Assembly: GCA_026770705.1 (NCBI GenBank)
Contig: JANJGN010000026.1
Span: forward strand, 35,588,001 to 35,652,000
DNA: 64,000 nucleotides
Source: Isurus oxyrinchus
Lineage: Eukaryota
Reading direction: 5' to 3'
The notes under the pieces are model-generated. The model searched no databases. It was not told the origin of the DNA and saw only the letters and a program-made list of their open reading frames with translations. A program made the translations under genes and the position numbers. How positions within the stretch are numbered: position 1 is the stretch's first letter; each line of letters opens with the position of its first letter. This document shows, piece by piece, positions 50,313 through 63,356 of this stretch.

Positions 50313-50537
50313 CACAGTGATATAGAACACGGAGGGAGCTGTACAAAAACCTCAACATGGTGGGGATTAGAGATACTCAGTGATGCAGAGCACGGAGAGA
50401 GCTGTACAAAAACCATGAACATGTTGGAATTACAGACACACAGTGACACAGAGCACTGAGAGAGCTATACAAAAACCTGAACATGGTGGGATTACAGACA
50501 CAGTATTACAAGGCACAGAAAGAGTTAAAATAATTGT
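50313..50537 (+). repeat. Tandem array of 23-RSSs with a ~63-bp period (3 complete, 1 degenerate)
   Basis: CACAGTG-23-ACAAAAACC (50313), CTCAGTG-23-ACAAAAACC (50376), CACAGTG-23-ACAAAAACC (50439) and CACAGTA with no nonamer (50499). Confidence 0.93.
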
Positions 50538-50899
50538 CCATTTTCGGGTTTAAGTTGAAAGGAGCATACACACACACGTATACACACACACATAGACACA
50601 CACACGCAAATGCACACACACACAGAAGGGGGTAGGGGGAGGCAATCACTCTACGAATGTATTTTCAATTCACCTTACAATTTTGTGTCACAGAATAAAA
50701 TCGTTAAACACATCAAGTTCGCACGTTCTTTATGGCTCTGCAGAGCCTTTAATATTTTCATACTTCGAGCCGCCTACAGTACTCCCGCCAAAATAATTCA
50801 TTCAATTATCCATTCTTCAACAAGCCATATGCACTTTTTGGGCATAAATGGTTGAAGCCTGACAGCCTGAGAAAGTGGTGCTAAAACATCCGAGATTAT

Positions 50900-51240
50900 C
50901 AACATCATAACAGAGGCATAGAGTCTAAAAGCAAGGGAATACTACTGTTCCCTTGGAAAGCACTGGTTCCCCCTTAACTGGAACATTGTGTCCACTTCCA
51001 AGCATCGCACTTTAGGAGGGATGTGAATGGTTTAGAAAAGGCGCAGATAAGTTTACCAGAATCATCCCAGGGATGCAGAACTTCAGTTAATTGGATAGAT
51101 TGGGGAAATTGGGCTTGATCTCCATGGAGAATGGAAAGTTCAGGATAGATCTGATAGAGGTGCTTAAAATCATGTGGGCCTGGGTAGAGTGGATCAAAAT
51201 CAACAGTTTCTATGGGTGGAAGGGTAGAGAAGAAGAACAG
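50900..51240 (+). mobile_element. CR1-type LINE 3' fragment
   Basis: 'DRLGKLGLISMENGKFRIDLIEVLKIM'. Confidence 0.7.
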
Positions 51241-51499
51241 GAGGTTAGTTTTCTATTCCCTTCCTCGCTGAATGGGCCGTGGAAGGCAGCGGCTCCAATA
51301 ATTCAATGCAGCTGGGAAAGCTCCCTCTCTGTGGCACAGGGAGTGCAGGCGGCATTCTGCGAGAATTGTCCGTACATTCGCGGCTGTACAAACCACCACT
51401 TTTGTCCATTATGACTGAATGTTAATATTGAAGTCACTTTTCGTATAAATAGAGCCTTTTTACCCGCATACACGTCGGATATGCACAGCCTGCTGCATC

Positions 51500-51543
<44 letters not shown>

Positions 51544-52922
51544 ATACAGGGCCGACTGTGTGTCACAGAAACCTGGCCTCCTGTTTTCAATGGCTCAGGG
51601 CAAAATATTGTCAGCAGGATAACAGCACGGTGATTGGCTCTTTCTCCCATTGATGCGGGGTCAGGAGGTCACATTCAGGCTCCGCCCAGCAATAAAACAC
51701 CCAGATGGTCAATTGTGTAACTTTTGACCCCGAACTTGGAAGAGGGGTAAAACCGCAGTTCTTAAAGGGGTTCTGCACCGCTCGAGCTGTTTGGCTAAGT
51801 TTTAGTATTTAGGAGGGATGATTAGTGGTTGAAATATGGATCGGAAGAAAGTGACATTTTTTAATGCATTGATTCAGTGGTTGAATATCAATTGTTTATT
51901 TTTAATAACTAAAAACGATTTCGTACAGTCAACACGTAATGTAGAAACAGTAGTTTTCGAGGAGTAGATGCCATCAGTTCAATGCAATGTTGCTGTAATA
52001 AACACAATCTGGATCTTGTTTATCGCTGTATCCTCTTAAAGCACAGCATATGGACTTGAGAATACAACAATAATTAGGGCCTGGTGAATGCTAACAGAGA
52101 CAGAGCCTAGTTTAATACCAAAGAGGAAGTGGAAAATAATGGGGACCCATTAAAACATTCACAGAGAAAAAGCCTAGCATCATAATCAAGGAGTCTAGGA
52201 CTGGTACAAAAATATCCTAATATTTCCTTATGTGACTTAATCCCAATTTTGTTTTATTGTCCCCGTGTGAGGCGCTTTGTAACATTTGACATATTTTAAA
52301 ATTTTATAATACATGTTAAACGTGTGTAAATGCACGTTGTTATTGTGAGATTACACTTTGTGTTGTGTGGATACTCATTGGCTACTGCTGGCATAACTTG
52401 CATTGTGTGGATATAACTTGCATTGTGTGGGTATAAGTTGCAATTTCTGGGGACCTTATGTGTTGTGTGTGAGTCTAACTTCTATCATGTCAGTACATTC
52501 GGCAGCATTTGACTCTCACTGTCATTCTGATTCTTACCTGCTCTCATGTCACTGAGCTATGTTGGCTTCGGCCTAATGGCTATCAATGTTTCTTTCAGTG
52601 TCTCCCATAAATGATCGTTCCACATGACTAAACGTACTTTAGGTCTGCGCAAGCACTAACAAGTTACATTCAAAACTGCACTGGGCTGCATGAAGTACCA
52701 AGACTCGATAATCGTCTCCCAAGTGTCTCCCAACATTCTACCACCTCCCAAAAATAACATGGACAATAATTGCTAAATCTATTTGTTCAAGTAACTGTAA
52801 ATAATTATGGAAGCTAATTGTCTGTAGAATTCCAACAGTATAAATAAGGGTCTTTTTGAGCTTATCACAGAGAATCTCTGTCATCAACTGTCACCGGCAG
52901 AGAACATCTCTTCTCATAGAAA

Positions 52923-52992
52923 ATGCACGGCCGCGTTTCTGATGTAGTTTATGCCACTTACTACCCAATTCTTGCTGCTATTGGAGTTCCAG
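52923..52992 (+). pseudogene. Second orphan GPR139-like exon 1 (MHGRVSDVVYATYYPILAAIGVP)
   Basis: 70-nt phase-1 exon, GTAAGT donor, TATAAA at ~52839. No exon 2 in the remaining 11 kb. Confidence 0.7.
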
Positions 52993-53789
52993 GTAAGTCT
53001 TTGGGCTGAACCATCAATTGGACAAATCATTGTTTTATGAAGCTGGTTTTGTCAATGAAAATTAAGGAGAGTGATATAGTCATCTTCAGGCATTTCTTTA
53101 AACTCATTTGATCAGAAGTATACAAACTTTCCATCGTTTTAATATTTCTTTGTTTTAAACTCAAGAATTAAGTCTCTGAAACACCCAAAACACTGCATCT
53201 ATTCCTTTACACAATGCCGAGGCTGCTCAGGTCGCTAGATTGATTTCTAAAAAGTAATATTCTGGTAACCTTTTCGAAACCAATAGTTCAAGGCTATTCT
53301 TATACAAGTGAAGATCCTGACAATACATTTCCAACGATACCAACTTTGGGTAGATTTTCATTTTGTGTTAGTCTAAAAATTGCAATAGCCAGTGTTATAT
53401 CTGCCTTGAATTATGGCTCCATTGTTTTCAGGTGATTTACAATTCTGGAGGGATGTGAATGAGCTGCAGGTTCATTATCAGCCATTTCATATTTCCGCCT
53501 GAAGTTAAGATTCACCTGCCTGAAATGGTTGAGGGGTGAAATTAGCCTTGAGCTGTTAAGCAAGCTGGCTATCAGTTTTACACTCGATACAGTCCTCTGT
53601 CCCATTGACATCAGAGAAGTAGAAATTAGACCAAGTGGAAAACTGTTAGATCATTCGATCCAGCCTAAAAACGGTTCCTGCCCCATGGAAGTAAAAGGAT
53701 ATCGGGTGTAGGTGGGAATGTGGAGCTGTGGCCATGATCAGGTTAGCCATGATCTTATTGAATGACGAAGCAGGTTAGAGGGGTCTAAT

Positions 53790-54690
53790 GGATAGTGTGG
53801 AGGATAACCATAATCTCCAAAACGATATAGATGGGTTGGTGGAGTGGGCGGTAAAATAACAGATGGATTTTAACAGAAAGAAGTGTGAGGGCATACATTT
53901 AGAGAGGTCAAAGGGTTAAAGGGATTACGACATGAATGGGAATATAATAAGAAGGGTAGGTGGAACGAGAGATCTTGGCGTGCAAGTACACAGGTCCCTG
54001 AAGGCAGCAGTTCAAGTAGACAAGGTTGTAAAGAAGGCATATGGCACGCTCTCCTTCACTGGCAGAGGTATAGAATATAAAAGTAAGGATATAATGTTGG
54101 AATTGTATAAAACACTGGCGAGGCCACAACTGGAGTATTGCGTGCAGTTCTGGTCGCTACATTACAGGAAGGGCGTAATAACTCTAGAAAGAGTGCAGAG
54201 GAGGTTTACAAGAATGTTGCCAGGGTTAGGAAAGAGTAGCTACGAGGAGAGATTGGATATGTTGGGGTTATTTTACTTAGAATAAAGAAGGCTGAGAGGT
54301 GACTTGATTGAGGTGTACAAAATTATGAGGGGAATAGATAGAGTGAACAGTATAAAATTGTTTCCCTTGATGGAGAATTCCAGAACCAGAGGACATAGAT
54401 TCAAGATAAGTGGCAGAAGGTTTAGGGGGTACATAAGGAAGAACTTTATTACGCAGAGGGTAGTGACTGTCTGGAATTAGCTGCCCAAGTTGGTGGCAGA
54501 GGCAGAAACTTTAAACTCTTTTAAAAAATACCTGGATCTGCAGCTTAAGTGCTGTACACTGCAGGGCTATTAGCCCGGTGCAGGAAGGTGGGATTAGAAC
54601 GAGTACCTAGGTGTCCTCGGGCTGGCATGGATAAGATGAGCCGAATGGCCTCCTAGTGCGCTGTAACTTCCCGATGGTTATATGGTTCTG
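53790..54690 (+). mobile_element. CR1-type LINE RT C-terminus and 3' UTR
   Basis: 'RDLGVQVHRSLK...LYKTLARPQLEYCVQFWS...LERVQRRFTRMLPGL'. Confidence 0.88.
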
Positions 54691-56487
54691 TGAAGTTATG
54701 AACTAAATGCAGTCTAAAAATCAATGTGGAGATCTGATCTAAAGAATCACTGGTGTCATTTTTTTAAATTACAAAGTCAATTATTATACTTACCGAGTAA
54801 GTTAACATAAGTAGTTATGTTTCAGTTCTTTATTGCTTTCATGAGAAAACCAGGTGAATACTTACTTCTTGGAGCGTCTCCTGTTGAGGTGCCGCTGCTT
54901 TGTTCTAATGGTTTCGCTACCCTGTGTTCTGAAGCATTTTTCTCTGGCCAGAGCTGGTTGAGCGAGGAAGGAAATGCTGTTGTGTTGTTTCATACATGAC
55001 AAAATCTCCGGTAGATAACCGAGATCCGACGTGTTTGCAGAAACATCTTTGAGGCTGAGCAAACGAATTTACAATTTAACATAGACCTTTCATGGGAACC
55101 AGGTTATGTTCTGCGAACGAAAGCTCATGCTGACATCACTGGTTTAATGATCCAGAGGCCTGAGCCAACGACATGAATTATACTAATTAATTTCAATGGA
55201 GATAATTACTATAACTCTGGAATAAAGTTGTCTTACCAGAAATAGCGATCAGCTAACTACCAGATCATCGCAATAAACTCTACCCAGTTCACTACCGTCC
55301 TTCAGGGAAGGAAATCTATGCCGGCCCAGATATGATTCCAGATCCACAACAATGTGGTTGAACATTAACTGCCTTCGTAAATAACCCAGAAAACCACTCA
55401 ACCGGTAAGTGGCAGCTCGCTACCCCCTCTGAAAGGCAATTAGTGATAGACAATAAATGCTGGTGCTCCAATGTCGCCTAAATCCTTTGAATGAATAAAT
55501 AAAAAGGACCTGGGCGTAGGAGGGACTGGAGTGCCAACCCTAAATCCGGAAATCTGGAAGGTATTTTGAAACCACTGTTAACTTGAGAGTCAGGCATTGT
55601 ACCGAGCCGTATACCAATGGAACAAACATACAGCTGAACACACAAGTAGCTACCTGCCTGTAAATGAACAATGGACAAATTCCAAGTTTCTGTCATTATG
55701 TGCAGCTCTAAATGAGCATGATAAGGTTTTAGTGATATACAATGGTTAGATATGTACCAATAAGCTGCAAAATTTGCATTCCATTCAGTGCAAGATAAAA
55801 CGTGATGAATGGGAAATTCACGTGGAACCAAAAGTTCCCGATGTTGGTGAGATATAAAATCGGGGAACTGCATTGGGATATCCGTTTGATGCCCTGGAGA
55901 TCTACAGACTGGTGTTAAGGAGACAGATTCTTCCATTCGATCCAGCCCAAAAACGGGTTCTGCACCATGGGAGTCAAATGTTATCAGAGGCAGGTGGGAA
56001 TGTGGAATTGAGGCCACAATCAGATCAGCCATGATCTTATTGAATAGCGAAAAAGGTAGAGGGGCCGAATAGCCTGTTTCTGCTCCTGATTCGTTTGTTT
56101 GTATGTCCCTGAAATATACGCACAAGGCCACTGAATTAATAGTTTAGTAGAATGGCCACTATAGTAATCTTCTATTCATTGCGGTTACAGGACACAAATC
56201 AGCACATTCCATACTTCAGTCGGTCAAACGTCAGAATTCACCTGGGAGTGAAGAAAAATGTCAGGGATAAAATAGTTTTTTCCTGTAGCTCAGAGAGAGA
56301 GCAATACCAAGCAAAATTCAAACCATGCCAGGTTTTTGGTTTAATCATAGTGCACTGTCCCAAAGAAGAAATCCAGCGCCAATATTTGGTTTGACTCCCT
56401 TGGGGTATTGAATTGCCTTTTGGCCAATGGGGTGAAGAGTAGGAGAAGAACTACGGACATAATTCTGGTTACATCTAGGGGTGCAGA

Positions 56488-56875
56488 CATCCATTCATGC
56501 ATCAGACCATCCCTCCGTCTATTCATCCGTTCATCCATCTGTCCATTCATCCACCCGTCCCCCCCATCCCTTTGTACATCCATTCATCCGTCCATACATC
56601 TATCCATCCATCCATGTATCCACCCATCCAAACATCCATCCATCCGTCCATCAGTCCGTCCGTCTATACATACACCCATCATCCATCGATCCATCGANNN
56701 NNNNNNNNNNNNNNNNNNNNNNNNNNNNNNNNNNNNNNNNNNNNNNNNNNNNNNNNNNNNNNNNNNNNNNNNNNNNNNNNNNNNNNNNNNNNNNNNNNNN
56801 NNNNNNNNNNNNNNNNNNNNNNNNNNNNGCCCATGTGTGCATCCGACCACCCATCCATCCGCCCATCCATCCCAC
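56488..56875. repeat. (CCAT)n degenerate microsatellite spanning a gap
   Basis: catc/ccat runs. Confidence 0.9.
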
Positions 56876-58689
56876 ATTACTTATCAATCCCTTCGTCACA
56901 CCATAACCCTCTTTGTGTTCAGAAGGAAAAATAACGGATGGTCCGAAATCCTGTGACCCTTTCTTCCCTCAAGTTCGAATGCCCCATCGACTTTGAAAAT
57001 TTCTATAAGGCAATCTGCATACAGCCCTAATGTTTCCGCTGTTTGAAAACTAATAGCTGAGTGGTGGATTGCCTAGATAATTCTGTCAACCACCATTTCT
57101 CTTTCATCTAGTAGGAGCGCAGACAGAATATGCTGTTCTGAATCCAACAGGAAGAAAAACGACCACAAAGTGGCTTTAGCGACACTACTTTGCCCACGGA
57201 GAGGAAGGAGGTAGTTAAATCAGGGCGCAGAGATTGCATGCTGGGATTCTGGCTTCCGAGTGACTTGATGCATTAGCGTTGGGATGTTTCTTCCTCTTTT
57301 GTAGAATCAGGACCAACCTATTTATAGGAAGTGGATTAATCGCCTCGGTGTGGAGAAAGAAATATGGGGACCAGTTTTAAACATCGTTACCAAGACTGTA
57401 AATGTAATTATTCTAATGCCCTTATGGTTATCCACCTGACAGTGCAGGGGTGCTGTTGCTATACTCATGGCGATTTGAGATTCTCTATCTGGGCTGGGCT
57501 CGATGCTTTACTGCACCTGGAAGAGTTTCAAGTTCCCGATAAAAACGGGCTTTGAACAGAAACAAGAGAGGATTTCGAACTACTGCCCAACCACAGTGAG
57601 GAGGGAGGAATGGAAAGGAGCAAGTGTGCTAATGCACCAAGGAGCCTTTGATGCGGATGATAACATGTGAAATAATAACAATTAGAAACTGCAGATTTAC
57701 ATTTATATCGCAATTTATACAACCTCATCACGTGCCAAACATCCGTACAGCCACTGAAATGTAGACACTGATGTAGGAAACACAGAACCAATTACCCACA
57801 ACCACATCCTACAAGGAGCAATGTGCTAATGACCAGATGATGTTTTCTTTAGTAATGTTGCACGAGAGATAAACATTAGACAGGATACCAGCAAGATTTG
57901 ACCTGTTCTTCTTAGAAATAGTGCAACTGATATTTTAAGTCCACCTGAGTGGGCAGACATTCGAATTTGACGTTGTTTGAGTACGACACTTCCGACAGTT
58001 CAACGCTCCCTCGGTATTGGGCTCGAGAATTTGAGCTCAATATTGGGGAATGGGCCTTGAACCCAAGATCACCTGACTCAGCAACGTGAATATTACCACT
58101 GAACCAAGTCGTTGAATAATAACAACACCGCCACTGTCACATAGTGCTTATGTTACTGAACTAGGCATTTAGGTGCCTGGGCGAATGTTCCAGAAGCATC
58201 GGATGAAATGTCACCACCCTGAAAACACAAGTTAAGTTAAGCATATGCATCTGAACGTGAAAAAAGACCATCATAATTGTTAGTGAATCCCATGAAACCA
58301 CCGGTTAGTCGTTAAAACCAACCACCCTTCAGTTAAATAAATTTACGAGCCATGTCCAGTCTTGTGTTTATGTGTGTACAGGGAAATAGTTCTCTACTGA
58401 CTGCCCTCTGAAATGCCCTATCAGCCATTCAGTTGTCGGAAGAGAAATTAGAGACCAACAATAAATATTGGTCTTACCAACGACGCCTACAACTTGTGAA
58501 TTAATTGAACAAAACACATTCGCGGCCATAAGCAGTGGTTAGCTGTAGTACAGAGTGTAACATCACTTACATATTGTCCAGAAACAGCCACGCTCAATAA
58601 CAACAGGACAACTTTCTAACTGGCCTTCAAATGTCTCACAGGTGTTGCTTTTGTTTGGATCAACATCGATATGGCGCGTTCACAGGTTC

Positions 58690-59145
58690 ACATGTAAAGA
58701 AAATACAAGGATGACAACATAACTGACGGGCTGTAACTATCAGGAAATGTTGAACAGGCTGGGCTCTTTTCTATTAAAAGCTGTGCTGAACGGTGACACA
58801 AGAGAGTTCTTTAAAGTCTTGAAAGATTTCGATAATGTTGGAACAAGGTTTCTGCCCTTGGGAGTCCAAAGCCAGAGACCATAAACGTCAAATCTTCACC
58901 CATAAATTCCACCAAAGGATTAAGCATAAATTTATTAAACCAGTGAATGGTTGGAACGCGACCTTGATACACCCGGGTGGGCTGAAGCTATAACTTTAAA
59001 TGTATTTAAATAGAAGCTAAATAAAAACCTAGGGTGAAGTGAAAAATAATGCGCTGATGGTATTAGATCAGGTCGTGTGGGAGAAGATTCGTGTGGAGCA
59101 TAAACATCGGCAGAAACTCATGGGCGGAATGACATGGTTCTTCAG
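58690..59145 (+). mobile_element. Old CR1-type LINE 3' fragment
   Basis: Degenerate similarity to 54200-54650. Confidence 0.5.
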
Positions 59146-59279
59146 TACAATTTTACCAAAGTGCTGTAGGGGGCAATGATATGTGTAAATCCTCATTGTC
59201 TAACACAAAGGGCACTTGTATTGTTAAAAATAATGTCATGGCTGATCTTTGTGAAGCAGAGTGTGTCTCTCCCGAGGGC

Positions 59280-59697
59280 AGGTTTTGTAACAGTGGGGTT
59301 GCTATTGCTATCACAATGACTTTCTGGATTGTGCGGACGAATATTGGACATCTTCGTCCTTCTGAAAGCGAAATAGCCTGTCCTCTCGGCGATTTCAAGT
59401 TCAATTTCCAATTGCCCAACCACACATTTTTCGTTTTCTGTGCTGCTCATGACCCACTCCAGCCGTCCATTCGGACTCACCCTGGACCAGTGGAAGGCGG
59501 ATATCTCCGAGCTGGTGTAGCTACAATAAAACTGTGCCGGATCTCCCGGCTCGACTGTTTTGGAAACCGGCGACATCAGCACTTCATCTGCAAGATTCCC
59601 CCCCCCACATCCACCACCCTTCCCATTCTCTTCACACCACCCCCCCAACCCTACCCTAGCCCCCCGCCCCCTCCCCGCCACCCTCCTTCTCCCCGCC
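59280..59697 (-). pseudogene. TCR V relic with a G-rich expansion at the exon start and loss of YYC
   Basis: LADEVLMSPVSKTVEPGDPAQFYCSYTSSEISAFHWSRVSPNGRLEWVM...; CATTGTG-23-ACAAAACCT (59318-59280). Confidence 0.72.
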
Positions 59698-61589
59698 CTG
59701 GAGAAACATGAATAAGATCCTTGCTAAAGCTTTTACCATTTTCTTTGGACCGGAAAAGCAAGGGGTTGGGCTCCAGTCGGTCGGGAAAATTGCAAATCAA
59801 CAATAGCTCATATGAAGACGCCGATGACAGTTATGGTTCTTTTGTTAACTGGTGATTTTTTTGGAGACCTCAGCATGTGCAAGCATAAAAGCAGATCTAA
59901 AGACTCCACCTCTTATCAGTTGCATTGTGCACGCTACAGGATCGGAATAAGATAAGCTTGGCGATTAATATTCGGTATATATCAACAAGATACATTCCGT
60001 CATATAAAGATTATGGAACAGAAACGATATTGCTTCCCAAAAAGTAATGAGGGATTTTTACAAGTGTATGAAAACTGGAAGGAGAAATTTACTCTCTTCT
60101 GCGCCTTCTCAGTTAGTTGTAGCCTCTTGACCAAGAGCACATATATGTTTCAGTGTAGTTTATGACCATTCGATTTAGTATTTGAATTGCCTTCACTTTT
60201 GTTCAGTTCATAAGTTGAATGTTTACAAATCCCTACTCTGAGGCTGAATATTTTCAGGAAGCTTAGGTATCAATCCTGTGAAATTTATCCACGATAGATG
60301 ACGATTGGACATCGATTGGGAGACAGGAGTGAAACTGAAAGGAAAAATCAACGGGAGCAAGGCCATGTTAAGCAGATTGTTTGAAGAGAGGGAGGCAGGT
60401 GACGAAGCAGGCGAGTTAAGACTGGAATTCCCAGAGGGTGGCTCAGTTTTGTTTTTGAACCGACATGCCAGAAGCAATGGAATGGGTTCAACATGCTGCT
60501 GAATAACTCAAGCAGTTGGCAGAAACATTGCGTTGTACAGATTGTAATGATTCGCCAGTTAGAATATTTTTTATACATATTCGTTCACGAGATGTGGGCG
60601 TCACTGACAAGGCCAGCACTTTTTGCACATTTCTATTTGCCGTTGAACTGAATGGCTTGCTAGGCCATTTCAGGGGACAGTTAACTGTCAACAGCATTGT
60701 TGTGCCTCTGGAGGCACAATTAAGCCAAACCGCGTAAGAACGGGTGAACCAGATGATTTTATTTATGAGAAAATGATACATTAATCATCATCATTACTGA
60801 GCCTAGCTTTTAATTCCAGCTTTATTGTCATTGGCAAATAAATTCTACTGGCTGTCACTTGAAGCCGCGCCACTAGCGCATATAACTAGGCTTTCAGCTT
60901 ATCAGCCCAGTGACATTATCGCTGCTCCACCATCTCCAATGGAGATTCTTAGGAGGCATTGTCGAGAAAGAAATTGAGTCCGACTCTTCAGTTTCAGGGA
61001 TGGGTTTTATGGAGAAAACTAAAAAATATGTTTTCAGTGTTTTTGATCTGGGAAATGTGGTGTAAGTGGTGATATTTCAGAAACCTATTGCAAATTAAAT
61101 GAAGTGAAAATAATGAATACACTAGCTTATTAAGCAGCAGGAAAAAAAAATCAAGTGGACGCAGTTTCAAGTTGCTGAAAGGTAATGTTAGGGCTGATAT
61201 CAGGATATTGTTTACGGAGAGAGCAATCGAGATTTGGAATACCATCACATTTTAATTTAATAGTACAGAAAATTACAGAGTCATAATCGATTTTCATTGT
61301 TAACTCCTGTGCCAGTTACAGAGGATGGAGATGTACTCTTGTTTTTGCAATGCTCTCTGAGATTTTAATATAACTGCTGTCATTTAAACTTTTTCTGACT
61401 AGCTTTGATCGATTATAAACGCAGTTTATAATTACAATTTAATATAATTTCAGGAGTGGGCCTCATATCTCGTTAATGAGTGCTCTGCTGCGTTGCAATT
61501 TGAAGGAAATCCCTGTGAACCTCAGTGGAGGCGGTGTTACTCTTTCCGTTTATTGGTGTGAGAGCGCCTTCTGGTGAACACTAATTGGG

Positions 61590-62080
61590 TCTTTCTGTCT
61601 GGGTCTCTCTCCAGGATACGTGATATCACTGCATCAGTTTGTCCTCCATGGAATAGAAATCCAGGACAGTGTGACAGGTCAGGGTGTGGCTGACCTTCAG
61701 TTCAGTATTGTTGGTAATTTTGTTAACATAGAACGGAATAGATCAGTGAGTGACGTGTAGGTTCCTGCCGACATCCCCCCAGATAAGATGAATGATGTAT
61801 TGTGCAGGCTGGCCTTGCTGTTGGCTACACCAATTCACGTAGGGCAAGAAACGTTTGTCCTCAGACGTTACGTTTGGAAAAGGTCATCTTGGTTATAGCA
61901 GACACATGGAGAATGGATTTTTACTGCAAAAATAAAGTATTTTACTATTTCGTTGGACATGGGCGTCACTGGCAAGGCCTGCATCTGTTGTCCATCCCTA
62001 ACTGCCCTTGCCAAGGTGCTGATGAGGCTTCCTGAGCGGCTATACAATGCGCAGTAGAGCAACACTGTTCAGTGTGATGA
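61590..62080 (-). pseudogene. Highly decayed third member of the 12.8k/14.2k V family
   Basis: WCSQQQGQPAQYIIH...NKITNNTELKVSHTLTCHTVLDFYSM + CAAACTG. A homologous leader region, promoter block (~62295) and 3' CTCF site are present. Confidence 0.62.
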
Positions 62081-63057
62081 TCCCTGAGGCTTTTAACATT
62101 GCAGTCTTGGAAACTTTATTTCGGAGCGGAAATACAGATCCCCAGATCCCCCTACCCCATCAACACCCCCACCTCTACCCTCCGCCCCGCCCCCCCCCCA
62201 ACCCCCTGCTATCTGCAGTTGAACTAAGCAATGTCAAGCTTGGACAGCGGCATCAGTCTGTCCAATAGTACAGGGAAAGCAAGCCAGCTCAGGCCGAGAG
62301 CAACAAACGGAAGCTGCGGCTGGTAATGTCTGCAGTTTCATAGGGTGAATCTGTTAGGTGGGTCTATTAAGGGAAATATTTAAACCTGTACCGTCATCAG
62401 TGCAGATGTCTTTCAATAAAAGAATTGCTCAATGGCAATTGGTGCTTCCCACAGCCGGTATAAAGGGGAATGTAAATGCCACAGTGTCCGGAGGGATTCG
62501 ACACAAAGAGAATATTTCCAACAAAGACCATTTCCATATGTATTAAAATGGGAGTCACTGTCAGGTTGATCCAGTATGGTAGAGGTTCAACGGTCGATGA
62601 GTTCAATGGTGCAGGGGTGAACTGGTCATTCCAATTATTTAGAACATATTGACGTTAACAACAACCATTTTCACATTAAATTGCTTAACCACGAGGACAG
62701 AGTTTTCAGACTTCCATTTGAAGTTAATGGCTGAATTTTATTGCATGTTTCTTAGTCTTTTAATAAACATTAATAAAGAACAATGTTGTCAATCTGCGAC
62801 TATCTTTGAACGCAAAAGATCAAACCTAGTCGCCTACTGACCTCTGGTGGAATGTATATTTAAATATTTTTGATGAAAATTTAGAGGAAATGGCGGCTCA
62901 GGGTAATGTGCTCAGTTTGAACAGCAGCTCGGATAATAAAGTAATTGAAATAAGGAAACATTAGTCTTATGAAGTGTTTATTTTACACCAGTCTTCGATT
63001 TTCCCGCCGCAACTTCCGATTTTTGCCAGCTGTGTCTCTGTACTACAGAGGGCTGGG

Positions 63058-63356
63058 GGTTTCTGTACGAGGATTGAACTCGTTTCCATTAGTGCCAAGC
63101 TGCATTGTCGGCCAGCTGCAGCTCCGAGATCGTTAAAGTTATGAATTTAGTGAAGCTGTTCAACTTAGATAAAAAGTGTTTCTTTTTTACAAGATCGACT
63201 TTACTTCAGAACATCTCGGCATTTTATCAGAATAAATTCGGCATGTCTGTCAGTGTGATGCCGGTACCCGAATAAATGTAAGCCGCCGCTCCAACTAACG
63301 TCACATTTTCATGCCATCACTTCTCCTGTCTTAATCCCTGACGACAGTAGCTGATC
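63058..63356 (-). pseudogene. TCR V relic
   Basis: ...KCDVSWSGGLHLFGYRHHTDRHAEFIL...FITLTISELQLAD; nonamer ACAGAAACC at 63066-63058. Confidence 0.65.

Noticed and set aside
55478-56131. 217-aa minus-strand ORF
   Set aside because: Overlaps SINE/LINE tail sequence and has no recognisable domain.
57440-57630. CACAGTG after a TACTGC-like motif
   Set aside because: No nonamer at 12 or 23 nt and no V framework upstream.
62480-62510. CACAGTG with ACACAAAGA downstream
   Set aside because: 14-nt spacer, poor nonamer and no partner RSS or coding segment. The region resembles ~6850-6945 and is probably an old repeat.
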